64,000 bases of DNA. It comes from Candidatus Heimdallarchaeota archaeon (GTDB lineage Archaea; Asgardarchaeota; Heimdallarchaeia; Heimdallarchaeales; Heimdallarchaeaceae). Position 1 is the first letter of the stretch; every line of letters begins with the position of its first letter. Below the pieces are notes generated by a model that worked only from the letters and a program-made list of their open reading frames with translations, was not told the DNA's origin and made no database searches. The translations under genes were made by a program, and so were the position numbers. The stretch spans positions 64,001 to 128,000 of the forward strand of contig JAUVXV010000011.1 in NCBI GenBank assembly GCA_030603365.1, in the 5' to 3' direction. This document shows positions 27,930 through 38,056 of the stretch, one piece after another.

Positions 27930-28538
27930 TTATTCATTATGTGAATCCACAAGGATTTGAAATCCACAAAATGTGCAGAATTTATTTTGAACCAATTGTT
28001 TTGTTCCACATTTACTACAGAAGAAAAACCTTTGTTGTTTTAAGAAAGAATGGGTTGTAGTAGATGAACCATACTCTATTTCTCTCTTAAAAGGTTTAAC
28101 TTTGAATCCTCCTGTTATCGCTCCTCCTGCAATTATACTTGCCGGAAGAAGAAAGGTATACAAGAACCAAAGGATAATCACAATCCAACTCCAAACAATA
28201 TACCAAGTAGAATACCAACCCCAAATGATAGAATAGTAGATCATTAAAGCTAATCCTCCTCCAAATGTGACTATTGCGTTTGGTGCGATTATCATAACAA
28301 CATCTCCTTTCTGTCTAACAAATAATCCTGAAACTAAACCAGAAATGAGAAAGATAATTAGTCCAAGAATTGTGAAAAACCAAACCCAAACCCCTGCTTC
28401 ATAGCTAGTTGCATAGCTGAAAAACCAAACCATAGCAACAAAGTACGTACTAGAAATCGCTAGACCAATTATTATCCCCAAGAAAGGATAGAGAAAACTT
28501 TTGAAGGATTTTTCATTTTGTTCTGTTCTTCTATTCAT
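27930..28538 (-). CDS. Four-TM membrane protein with C-terminal zinc ribbon
   Basis: Hydrophobic helices and FCSKCG...FCTFCG. Confidence 0.75.
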   Translation of the reverse strand: MNRRTEQNEKSFKSFLYPFLGIIIGLAISSTYFVAMVWFFSYATSYEAGVWVWFFTILGLIIFLISGLVSGLFVRQKGDVVMIIAPNAIVTFGGGLALMIYYSIIWGWYSTWYIVWSWIVIILWFLYTFLLPASIIAGGAITGGFKVKPFKREIEYGSSTTTHSFLKQQRFFFCSKCGTKQLVQNKFCTFCGFQILVDSHNE

Positions 28539-28760
28539 ATCACTTCACCTAAAATTTCCTTTTTCTAAACTGTTAAGTGTCTTCTTGAAACTATATAAGG
28601 TTTTTTTATTAATCAAATGATAGTGTTAATTTAACGTATTAAAACCTCTAGAACCATTCTGTAACAACTATAATTTCGCTTTTAGGCAAAAGTTTCTTCG
28701 ACAATGAACTTTAAATAAAAAAAATGGAAAAGCTAATGATTTGAAGAAAGAGGTTTTTTA

Positions 28761-30167
28761 ATGAAAAAAACTAGAAAAAAAGTCTCATTAGTATTAGTTT
28801 TAGTTCTTTTAGTTCAATTCCTTACAATATCTATTCAAGCATCTCAAATACTGTATGAGCGTGGTGAATCGTCTGAAGATAACAAAATCTATTCGTATAC
28901 AATATCAAGTATATTAGAAATTGATGAAGATAATGATTTTATTTCATATGGTTTTAATGGTTCAGGAACAGAAGTAGACCCTTATCGAATTGAAAATCTA
29001 AACATTACAACATCAGAAGACCATTGTATATTTATCAATAACGTCTCAAAATATTTTGTAATCCAAAATTGTTATCTGGATAGTGGTAGAAGTGCAATTC
29101 ATCTGTATTATATAGCTCATGGAATAGGGTTAATTTTCAATAATACTTGTTGCAATAATTATGAAGCAACAGGAAGTTATGGGGAAATATACGGATACGG
29201 TATGGAAATCCAGGGTGCTCCTGGAACAACAATAATTGAAAATACTTGTTACAGTAATGATATATTCGGAATTCTAATTAGTGAATCACCGAATTCAGAA
29301 ATCCAAAATAATCATTGTTATAATAACACTGAATCAGGTATTCTTGTTTTAACTTCTGATGAAACATTGGTAGAGGATAATATTTGTCATAATAATACTC
29401 TATATGGTATAGAACTATACGGACGTTACGGTTATTCATACTGGGATACATCCAATGATTGCACAGTTAAATCCAATATATGTTATGATAATTCAGCTGG
29501 AATTTCAATGTTTGGGGTGAATAATACAATTGAAGGAAATTTATGTTATGATAATGAATATGGTATAACTATACTTAGTGATAAAAGCTTAATCCTGAGT
29601 AATACTTTGAGAAACAATGAATATGGAGCTTATCTAGATGGACGAGCTTTAGTGGTATATAATAATACGTTTGATTCCAATAATATTAATGGTGTTTATT
29701 GTTATTTGTATAGGTCAATAATTCTCTATAACACAATTAAAAATAACATAGATTATGGATTTTTATTTGAGGCAGCATTAAAAAATACAATCTACTATAA
29801 CTGTTTCACTCAAAATAATTTAGAGAGTAGTTCTCAAGCATACGACTCAAGAGATGACAATGATTGGTTTCACGAAGATTCGAAAATTGGCAACTACTGG
29901 GATGATCTTGGTGATTCAAATGAGTACCTAATAGCTGGTTCCGGAGAAGCTAAAGATGAATATCCTTTAAACTCTTGTTTCTCTGAATTAGGACCGATTC
30001 CACCAATTCCAGAAATACCAGATATATTTGAAGACATCGATAGGATCATGAAATTCATCCTAAATGTTCTTTATAGTGTTATTGGAATATCAGTTATTGT
30101 TGCAATAATTGTTGGCTTAATCGTGCTAAGAAAATATTGGAAAAGAAAAAACAAAGACAGCATTTAA
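28761..30167 (+). CDS. Secreted right-handed parallel beta-helix (NosD/CASH-like) protein with C-terminal TM anchor
   Basis: Signal peptide, repeated I.NN.C..N..GI units, GNYWDD...DEYPL cap, TM helix and basic tail. Confidence 0.85.
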   Translation: MKKTRKKVSLVLVLVLLVQFLTISIQASQILYERGESSEDNKIYSYTISSILEIDEDNDFISYGFNGSGTEVDPYRIENLNITTSEDHCIFINNVSKYFVIQNCYLDSGRSAIHLYYIAHGIGLIFNNTCCNNYEATGSYGEIYGYGMEIQGAPGTTIIENTCYSNDIFGILISESPNSEIQNNHCYNNTESGILVLTSDETLVEDNICHNNTLYGIELYGRYGYSYWDTSNDCTVKSNICYDNSAGISMFGVNNTIEGNLCYDNEYGITILSDKSLILSNTLRNNEYGAYLDGRALVVYNNTFDSNNINGVYCYLYRSIILYNTIKNNIDYGFLFEAALKNTIYYNCFTQNNLESSSQAYDSRDDNDWFHEDSKIGNYWDDLGDSNEYLIAGSGEAKDEYPLNSCFSELGPIPPIPEIPDIFEDIDRIMKFILNVLYSVIGISVIVAIIVGLIVLRKYWKRKNKDSI

Positions 30168-30321
30168 TAAAAATCTAGTCTTAGCAATTTGTTTATCATT
30201 TTCCGGAATATTAATTTTTTTAAATCCATTAAGAAAAATATAAAAGGTGGTCAAAAAAGATTAATCTAATCTAGAAGATGTTCATATAATCTAGAAAGTA
30301 AAATATACAGGATGATAAATT

Positions 30322-31431
30322 TTGACAGAAAAAAGTGTTTATTTGCATTCAATTGCAACAACTGTTCCTGAGAAATACTATACTCAAAAATTCGCTCTTA
30401 AGTATATGAAAAAAATAGTCGCAGATACAGCTTATAAAAAAGTATTTCTGAATAAAGTATACAAAGGGACTGAAATCAGAAAGCGACATTCTGTTATTGA
30501 TGATTATGGAAAAGACCCCAGCGAATTCACTTTTTATCCCAAGAACAAGACACTTAGACCTGAACCTACAACTAAACAAAGAAACGATCTTTATGCAAAG
30601 GAAGCACTTAGGCTAGGAAAACAAGCTGTCGAGAAACTATTCAAAGCAAACCCTAAGTTTGACAAGAGTAAAATCTCTCATGTTATAACAGTTACATGTA
30701 CAGGTTTTGATGCTCCAGGACTTGATTATTTTATCGTTAAAGACTTCGATTTAAACCCCAGAATGGACAGATATATCCTTGGATTTATGGGATGTCAAGC
30801 TGCTATCAATGCCTTGAAGCTAGCAAAGGATTTATGCCATTCAAATCCTGAAGCACGAGTTTTGATAGTCAATGTTGAATTATGTTCAGTACATCTACAA
30901 CAACCATGGAATACAGACCAAGTTATTGCTAATGCCATCTTTGCTGATGGTATTTCTGCTGCTCTTGTTTCCAGTGTTGAAAATGACTGTGAGGGAAGTA
31001 AATTTGTCTTACATGATTTTGCTACTGAAATTGTTCCAGGTACTGAAGAAGATATGGCGTGGAATATAGGTGATACTGGATTTGGAATGAAACTTACCTT
31101 AAATGTACCAAGAGTTGTTAAAGCAAACATTGCCAGTATTCTTGAAGAGATTCTAGATAAAGCTAATAAAACTAAAGATGATATAAAAATTTGGGCAATT
31201 CATCCTGGTGGAAAAACTATTCTTACTAAATCCCAAGAAGCTTTAGACTTAACTCCTGAAGATCTTGATGCTTCATATCATGTCATGCATGAGTATGGTA
31301 ATATGAGTTCAGCGACTATCATGTTTGTATTAGAACATATTTTGAAAGACAATGAGAAAAAAGGTCTAACTTTTACAACATCTTTTGGTCCAGGAATGAC
31401 TATTGAATCTGCATTGATGGAGAAAATATAA
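30322..31431 (+). CDS. Type III polyketide synthase (chalcone/alkylresorcinol synthase-like)
   Basis: Catalytic triad Cys (FMGCQAA), His (AIHPGG) and Asn (YGNMSS), plus TVTCTG, VELCS, FADG and SFGPG. Confidence 0.92.
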   Translation: MTEKSVYLHSIATTVPEKYYTQKFALKYMKKIVADTAYKKVFLNKVYKGTEIRKRHSVIDDYGKDPSEFTFYPKNKTLRPEPTTKQRNDLYAKEALRLGKQAVEKLFKANPKFDKSKISHVITVTCTGFDAPGLDYFIVKDFDLNPRMDRYILGFMGCQAAINALKLAKDLCHSNPEARVLIVNVELCSVHLQQPWNTDQVIANAIFADGISAALVSSVENDCEGSKFVLHDFATEIVPGTEEDMAWNIGDTGFGMKLTLNVPRVVKANIASILEEILDKANKTKDDIKIWAIHPGGKTILTKSQEALDLTPEDLDASYHVMHEYGNMSSATIMFVLEHILKDNEKKGLTFTTSFGPGMTIESALMEKI

Positions 31432-31458
31432 GAAAAACAAAGAAAAAGGAGAAAAAGA

Positions 31459-32910
31459 TTAAACCTTTATTTTCTTCCAGAATTTTTTAGCTGACTTGTT
31501 ACCACCAAATCCTAACATCCTCCCAACATATGGCCAGAGTGGATTGAAGATTGGAAGGTACATAACTATCCAATTAGCCATCTTATGCCACCAAGATGGT
31601 TTGTGATTATATTCACAATCTGAAATGCAAACAGAACAATCACCAGCATTTTCTAACCAGAACAGATAGCATGTTTCAACATTGACATACCATTTTTTAG
31701 CACCTGGATTATTACTAATACCTGTTGTTTTATAAGAAGGATATTTATCAAAGGGAATAGAGGCACTTGGACACTTCTCTGCACAGGTCATGCATGTTCT
31801 GCAGAATTTTTCTACTGATTTAGCAAATTTATAATCAGGTTTATCAAGAGCAAGAGGAATATCAGTCAGAATTTTTGCTACCCTTACCCTAGGACCATAA
31901 TCTCTAGTGATCAACAATCCATGTCTTCCCCATCCTCCCAATCCAGCTTCAACTGCTAGGGGGACCGAGATTCCTAGAGAATTTCCTGCAGGTATTGCTT
32001 CATATCCTAGATTTTTGATGAAACTGGATACTAATGTTCTAACAAAAGCTATTTTAGAATAACCTAAACCTGTAGCAATTCCTCCTGGCATTTTTGGTGT
32101 TGTATTAATAGCATCTAAATCCATCTCAACTGCAATTACTATTGCATATTGAATTGAATCTGGAATGATATATTCTCTATCCATCCGATCATGCGAATAA
32201 ATCCATTTAGGATCAAATTTAGTAACACCAATAAGATTAGCCCCATACAATTTAGCAACTTTCTTCAACCAGATGGTCATTTCTTTGGGATCTTTGACAT
32301 CATATACGTAAGGTTCTTGAACATCATAATTCACTTGTTTTACATTGCGTTTTGCCTTCTCAGCTTCCATTTTCTTAAGTTCTTCTTCAGAAAGAGTCTT
32401 ACGTCTTTCCATTTGGAATTCGCGCATACTTACCATGTTCTCAATTGACCAAGATGCATCTACAGCTGCACGTTCGATTTCAGAATAACCATCCAATCCC
32501 ATAGCAGCTCTTTCATGAGCTTTCGCATAAATTGGTTTCTTATAACCTTCATACTCTTCGTCCCACATTCTTCTACTGAAAATAGTATACTTCTCATTGA
32601 ACTGCTCATAAACCTCTTCGTTAAGTTCGAAAGGTTTCTTCTCTTGCTTACTTGCTTTACTTGGTTTTTTAGACTTTAGAACTTCTGTGGGAATCACCTT
32701 GTTTTTCTTTGATGTTGCAGTGATAGCTTCAAAAGGACAGACATAAACACATTGTAAACAACTTATACAATTAGTGTGGTTCACCTCAGCAATAGTTTTA
32801 CCAATCTTAATTGCTTCCTTACCCTTTTTGTTCTGAGGACAAACTTCTACACATTCATGTTGACATTTTGATGGAACACAAAGTTTCTTCTGAATCTTGA
32901 TACTCATCAA
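31459..32910 (-). CDS. rdhA: Reductive dehalogenase (cobalamin/2x4Fe-4S) with N-terminal RLI-like Fe-S domain, no Tat signal
   Basis: AKLYGANLIGV, LGYEA, PLAVEAGLG..GRHGLLIT..YGPRVR..ILTD, FCRTCMTCAEKCPS and KKWYVN..TC...DCSVCISDC. Confidence 0.85.
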   Translation of the reverse strand: MMSIKIQKKLCVPSKCQHECVEVCPQNKKGKEAIKIGKTIAEVNHTNCISCLQCVYVCPFEAITATSKKNKVIPTEVLKSKKPSKASKQEKKPFELNEEVYEQFNEKYTIFSRRMWDEEYEGYKKPIYAKAHERAAMGLDGYSEIERAAVDASWSIENMVSMREFQMERRKTLSEEELKKMEAEKAKRNVKQVNYDVQEPYVYDVKDPKEMTIWLKKVAKLYGANLIGVTKFDPKWIYSHDRMDREYIIPDSIQYAIVIAVEMDLDAINTTPKMPGGIATGLGYSKIAFVRTLVSSFIKNLGYEAIPAGNSLGISVPLAVEAGLGGWGRHGLLITRDYGPRVRVAKILTDIPLALDKPDYKFAKSVEKFCRTCMTCAEKCPSASIPFDKYPSYKTTGISNNPGAKKWYVNVETCYLFWLENAGDCSVCISDCEYNHKPSWWHKMANWIVMYLPIFNPLWPYVGRMLGFGGNKSAKKFWKKIKV

Positions 32911-32951
32911 GCAAGAGCAAAATTATGTATAAATAAAGTTTTGGTGAATTC

Positions 32952-34502
32952 TCAAGCTTCATCATTTGCATTCTTTAACCAGAAGTAATCTTCCCCTCTC
33001 TTGCTTACTTTGTCTTCTTCACAAAGTTTAGCTAAAATAACGTCTGCAACATTTCTTGCCAGACATTCCCATTCAAATTGGGCTAATGAGTGAATTTCTT
33101 GCATGATAGAGTCTCGAGATGTAATTCCTGATTTCAGCTGTTCAATAGCAGTTTTTTCGTATTTAGAAAAGTGTAGTAAGTTAAATGAAATGATAGATTT
33201 TAAATCTGTAATAAAGTCTCTATGACCAGTTAATGCATATTTGACTTTGAATTTTGAAATTCGATTATAACTTTGTATTAAATCAGAATAAGCTCCGGGA
33301 TATTGAGCAATTGAGCTAATCATATCTTTATGAAATAGACTACTAGCAAAGAGTACTCCTCTGGGATCCCAAAAACCTATTTGACCTTCAGTATAGCCTG
33401 GAAGATTTACAGTTTCTAGTTCCCATTTACTTAGTCCTAAAGGTGTATAAGATCCTAAGTCCATCTTGGTTCCATCTTCTAGATAAGAATTGAAAATAAA
33501 ATCATCATCTACAAGATCTTCTGCAGTCTTTTTTGATGCGAAAATTGGTAAGTTATATTCATCTTTAAAATGAAGAGCTTGGTTAACGTGATCAGCATAT
33601 GAATTAGTAAGCAGTATCCCTTCCATTTTGTCAATGTTCTTTTCAATATATTCTATAATAGGAGAGATATTTTTCTTAACAGTTGATCCCGGATCAATAA
33701 TATACCGTTTTTGATTTCCTACGATATAGATATTAGATTCACTAAAAGGTTTTGGAGTATGTGCTGGGGTCTTAAATGTCCAAATATAGGGAAGAAAACC
33801 TGTTTCTTTGAAAGTTATAAGAGATTTTTTAGCTTCAAGCTCTCTTGCAGTATCGACGAGTTTCTTTTTTTCTTCATGTAGTTTGTACATTATTGTAGTA
33901 GTTGCATTATCGAATACATCTTTCATCTTTTCATAATCGTTGATAATCTTGGATGGTTCAAACCACTTACCTTGGATTTCCGGAGTTTGGTTTTTACCTA
34001 TAAGAAACTCTGAATACTGTGAGAGTCTAGTAGAGTCTCTTAAACCAGTTGCAGGAGAGATAAACAGATAGTAATTAGGATACAAAGTTCTTTCATCCAT
34101 TAATAATCGTTGAAATCCACACGGAACCATTGAATGAAAGAGAACATTAAGATAAGTGGGGTCCATTTCTAAAATTTGTTGACGGAAATCGAGTGATGCT
34201 GAAATAGAACTGTTAAGCTCAGGATCAATAATTAAATTGCGTTCTAGTAGTAGTCTTAAGGCTACAATTTTGTCTCGCATGTGTTCGGAGATATCACCAT
34301 GTTTCTCATGTAACTCATTGTATAAGACCTCATCTTTTGCAGTTAAGATAGAAGCAATAGGAGTCCATGATGAAGGAAATTTAGGAATATTTTTTCCTCT
34401 CCTAATTAAGTAAAAATTATATTTTCCTTTATCTATGCGGAAAACAAAAACTACAACAGCTCTAAGTTCCTTCATTCTTTCAAGCAAGCAGTTGTTAATC
34501 AT
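32952..34502 (-). CDS. Nudix-like + metallo-beta-lactamase (LACTB2-like) + winged-helix fusion with degenerate active sites
   Basis: NIYIVG...IIDPG, LLTNSYADH, LPGYTEG and LTGH. The N-terminus has Nudix-like strands (YLIRR...FPSSWTP). Confidence 0.7.
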   Translation of the reverse strand: MINNCLLERMKELRAVVVFVFRIDKGKYNFYLIRRGKNIPKFPSSWTPIASILTAKDEVLYNELHEKHGDISEHMRDKIVALRLLLERNLIIDPELNSSISASLDFRQQILEMDPTYLNVLFHSMVPCGFQRLLMDERTLYPNYYLFISPATGLRDSTRLSQYSEFLIGKNQTPEIQGKWFEPSKIINDYEKMKDVFDNATTTIMYKLHEEKKKLVDTARELEAKKSLITFKETGFLPYIWTFKTPAHTPKPFSESNIYIVGNQKRYIIDPGSTVKKNISPIIEYIEKNIDKMEGILLTNSYADHVNQALHFKDEYNLPIFASKKTAEDLVDDDFIFNSYLEDGTKMDLGSYTPLGLSKWELETVNLPGYTEGQIGFWDPRGVLFASSLFHKDMISSIAQYPGAYSDLIQSYNRISKFKVKYALTGHRDFITDLKSIISFNLLHFSKYEKTAIEQLKSGITSRDSIMQEIHSLAQFEWECLARNVADVILAKLCEEDKVSKRGEDYFWLKNANDEA

Positions 34503-34542
34503 TATTTAACTACTGCTCTCCAAAATCGAGTAACAAGGAAAA

Positions 34543-35991
34543 TCAAATACGTTCAACATCGTGAGAAGCTGATTCAGTCCTACCTGCAGCAGTGATTTGG
34601 ATAAACTCAGCGTTAGTTTGCATCTCTTTAAGTGTAGTTGCACCGCAGTAAGAGATACCACTACGTAAACCACCAATGAGTTGTTGGAGAACATCTACAG
34701 CAGACCCTCTATAAGGAACAACAGCTTCTACACCTTCTGGTACCACACTTCCCATATCAAGCTCATCAAAAGAACCCTTCTTTTCTCTTGCTTCTCGACC
34801 GAGTGTAGCTCCAAGACTAGCCATACCACGAACAACTTTGTAGCTTCGACCACCTCTCAAGACAGAAGTACCAGGACTCTCCTCTGTTCCAGCTAATATA
34901 CCACCCAACATAACTGTTGAAGCTCCAGCTGCTAATGCTTTAGTAAGATCTCCGCTGTTTCTAACTCCCCCATCAGCAATAATAGGAACACCATATTCAT
35001 TGGCAACAGCTGCACAATCCATGATAGCAGTAAATTGAGGAACTCCACTTCCAGTGACAATTCTTGTTATGCATATCGATCCAGGACCCACACCTGTCTT
35101 AATAGCATCACATCCTGCTTCGATTAGATCTTTTGTACCAGGTCCAGTAGCAACATTTCCAGCAATTAGTTCTACATCACCAAAGTTTTTTCTTATTTCC
35201 TTCACGGTGTTTATTGCCAAATCGGAGTGTCCGTGAGCGATATCTATTACTAAAACATCTGCATCAACATTGATCAATTGTTCAGCTCTTTGAAGGTAAT
35301 CTCCCCTTACACCTATGGCTGCTCCAACTAGAAGTCTACCTTTGGAATCTTTAGAAGAATCAGGAAGAACTTTGCTCTTGATGATATCTTTAGAAGTGAT
35401 GAGACCACTTAATTTCCCTGTTTCATCTATTAAAGGAAGTTTTTCTATTCTGTTCTTTTGGAGAATGTCCTTAGCTTCTTCAATTGAAATATCTGGGTGT
35501 GCGGTTACTAATTCTTTAGACATAAGTTCTGAAATTTTTACCTTACCATTTTCCTCAAACATAATATCTCTAGTAGTAAGTATACCAACTAATTTCTCTT
35601 TATTGTCAGTAACCAATATTCCAGATATGCCTTTGTCATCCATCATAGATTTGGCATCATCTAGAGTATTGGAAGGGATGAGACAATAAGGGTGATCAAT
35701 ACGAATCATTTCTGAGCGTTTTACCTTAATAACTTCAGAAACTTGATCTTCAACAGACATAAATCTGTGAATTATTCCTATTGCTCCTAATTGAGCCATA
35801 ACAATGCTCATCTTACTCTCACAAACAGTGTCCATATTGGAAGCAACAATAGGAACGTTAAGTTTGATATTTCTGGACAAGTTTGTAGAAGTATTTACAT
35901 CTTTTCTCGAAAAAACAGAAGATCTCTTCGGTACAAGAAGCACATCATCGAATGTTAAACCTTTACGCATAATCTCAATCCAATGGAACAA
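34543..35991 (-). CDS. guaB: IMP dehydrogenase (with CBS pair)
   Basis: [40 protein letters not shown] and VPEGVE. Confidence 0.95.
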   Translation of the reverse strand: MFHWIEIMRKGLTFDDVLLVPKRSSVFSRKDVNTSTNLSRNIKLNVPIVASNMDTVCESKMSIVMAQLGAIGIIHRFMSVEDQVSEVIKVKRSEMIRIDHPYCLIPSNTLDDAKSMMDDKGISGILVTDNKEKLVGILTTRDIMFEENGKVKISELMSKELVTAHPDISIEEAKDILQKNRIEKLPLIDETGKLSGLITSKDIIKSKVLPDSSKDSKGRLLVGAAIGVRGDYLQRAEQLINVDADVLVIDIAHGHSDLAINTVKEIRKNFGDVELIAGNVATGPGTKDLIEAGCDAIKTGVGPGSICITRIVTGSGVPQFTAIMDCAAVANEYGVPIIADGGVRNSGDLTKALAAGASTVMLGGILAGTEESPGTSVLRGGRSYKVVRGMASLGATLGREAREKKGSFDELDMGSVVPEGVEAVVPYRGSAVDVLQQLIGGLRSGISYCGATTLKEMQTNAEFIQITAAGRTESASHDVERI

Positions 35992-36136
35992 AGTTTTAGT
36001 GTATAAAAATATTGTTTACCAAGTTTGAAATATTGCAAATTGATGTAAAATGACAATACGCTAATAATAGTCTCTCAATGATGCTTATTAAAATAATTAA
36101 AGGTTAAATTTTTATAGAAGAATTAGGAAAAGTGAA

Positions 36137-37021
36137 TTGATTAAGATGAGTCAAGTTTACAATTTACCTCCATTTGAGGATGCAAAAAAAAGAATTTCTG
36201 AAAGTTCGCATAAACTTTACCAGTACATAATTTGGTCAGTAATCATTGCTGTTATTTTAGTCGTTGGACTTGCGATAACCCTAATAGTGGTTTTAGGTTT
36301 AGGTATAGAAGACCTTGATATATCAAATTACTATGATTTTGGAGAACAACTTATTGCTAACGGGTTATTTACTACAGGACTTATTGCAGCAATATTTCTG
36401 ATAATTGCTCTTATTGCTTTGATAGTTATTTTGATTATGTCATACATCCAATATTACAGATTAGGATCATCTTTTAGCAAGTTACATGATGCTGAAAGAA
36501 CATTAGAGACAACTAAATATATTAGTTATGGATTTTATGGATACATTATTGCAATCATAGCAGGAATATTCGTACCAGGTGTAGGAGGAACTGTAGTTTC
36601 AATTTTAGGTAATGCTTCTCTAGCAGTTGCAGCCTATTTAATTTACAAACTATTCGTAGAATACAAAAGACTTGGTAGATTTAGTGGAAAAACTTCTATG
36701 TTGCTCTTCATCGGTTTAGCAGTAAATGTAGCAGCAGAAATAGCAGCAACCTTTACTACATATGGTCCTTTCGGAAGTCTGATAGGTTTTGTTCTAATAT
36801 TAATAGGGTTTAGAGATCTTAGTAGAGACATAAAACTAGTAGTAGCGCCCGGTGGTCAGCAAATGAAGACTGAAGCACCTCCTGCTGATGGTTATAGACC
36901 TGCACAACCTGCAACAGCAACCGTTCAACCAGTCAAAGATCAAATTCGTTTCTGCTCAAGTTGCGGTGCAAAGATTACAGCTGTTGGAAAGTTCTGTCAA
37001 AACTGTGGTGCGAACTTCTAA
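36137..37021 (+). CDS. Multi-TM membrane protein with P/Q linker and C-terminal zinc ribbon
   Basis: About 6 TM helices and FCSSCG...FCQNCG. Confidence 0.78.
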   Translation: MIKMSQVYNLPPFEDAKKRISESSHKLYQYIIWSVIIAVILVVGLAITLIVVLGLGIEDLDISNYYDFGEQLIANGLFTTGLIAAIFLIIALIALIVILIMSYIQYYRLGSSFSKLHDAERTLETTKYISYGFYGYIIAIIAGIFVPGVGGTVVSILGNASLAVAAYLIYKLFVEYKRLGRFSGKTSMLLFIGLAVNVAAEIAATFTTYGPFGSLIGFVLILIGFRDLSRDIKLVVAPGGQQMKTEAPPADGYRPAQPATATVQPVKDQIRFCSSCGAKITAVGKFCQNCGANF

Positions 37022-37121
37022 TTTCTTCTTTTCTCTTTTTTTTTATTATTCAGAGTATTTTTATGTAAAAATTACCGTGTTTCACAAGTACATTTTTATT
37101 TTAGCAAAATTTCTCTAATTT

Positions 37122-38033
37122 ATGACAATTCGAATTGTAACTGACAGTACCTCAGATATTCCTTGGGATTTTGCCAAGAAAAATAACATTGAGGTTGTCT
37201 CTCTATACATGATTGTTCATGAAGAAACTTTGGTAGAAGACGAGAATTTTGACAAAGATAGTTATTACAAACTTTTTGAAGAAGAAAAAGCATTTCTCCA
37301 TATTCCAAAATTAAATCTGTACTCTTTTGTACCAAAAACATCCCAACCCAATCCAAATGATTATTTTCAAGCATACCAGAAGCAAATAGACGCTGGAGCT
37401 ACTGAACTAATTGTAATCTGTGTTACTGCAGGATTAAGTGGTTCAATAAATAGTGCAAGATTGGGAGCAAAACAGTTAGCAAGGAAGAATAAAGATGTAA
37501 AAGTTCACATCATTGATGCTAAATCAGCTTCTTATCCAGAAGTCATCTTGATTAGGATGGCTTTGAATCTTATCAAGAAAGGTTACGAAGGTGAAAAAAT
37601 CACTGAAATTTTACATGAACAAGCATTGAAGATAAAGACTATAATTCTACTCCCAACCTTAAGATATCTTTGGAAGGGTGGAAGATTAAAAACAACCAAA
37701 TTTATACTAGGAACAATGCTTCGTAAGAAACCAATAGTCACTATGAATGCAGAAGGTTTTGTGGAAACAGCTGGTTCAGCTACGGAAGTTGAGGAAGGAT
37801 TAGTAGAATCACTTCGATTAAACACTGAAGATTTTTCTAAAGATCCTAAAGCATTTTCTATCGTCTATGGAAGTAGAAAAGATTATGCTGAGAGGATGGC
37901 TGAAATAGTTTTAGAGAAATACCCTAAAATGAAAATTGAAATAGCTCAAAGTGGAGGATCAGTACTTTCTCATTTAGGACCCGAATCTATTGGTCTCATC
38001 GGTGATTACACAGACGATGAGTATTGGGATTAA
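37122..38033 (+). CDS. DegV/FakB fatty-acid-binding protein
   Basis: IVTDSTSD, PKTSQP, LSGS, YLWKGGR and SHLGP. Confidence 0.92.
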   Translation: MTIRIVTDSTSDIPWDFAKKNNIEVVSLYMIVHEETLVEDENFDKDSYYKLFEEEKAFLHIPKLNLYSFVPKTSQPNPNDYFQAYQKQIDAGATELIVICVTAGLSGSINSARLGAKQLARKNKDVKVHIIDAKSASYPEVILIRMALNLIKKGYEGEKITEILHEQALKIKTIILLPTLRYLWKGGRLKTTKFILGTMLRKKPIVTMNAEGFVETAGSATEVEEGLVESLRLNTEDFSKDPKAFSIVYGSRKDYAERMAEIVLEKYPKMKIEIAQSGGSVLSHLGPESIGLIGDYTDDEYWD

Positions 38034-38056
38034 AGAAGAAGTAGAGTATTTTAATT

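Noticed and set aside
30322-32910. PKS and RdhA as a single biosynthetic operon
   Set aside because: The genes are convergent, so they are not co-transcribed. A functional link would need conserved synteny, which cannot be seen here.
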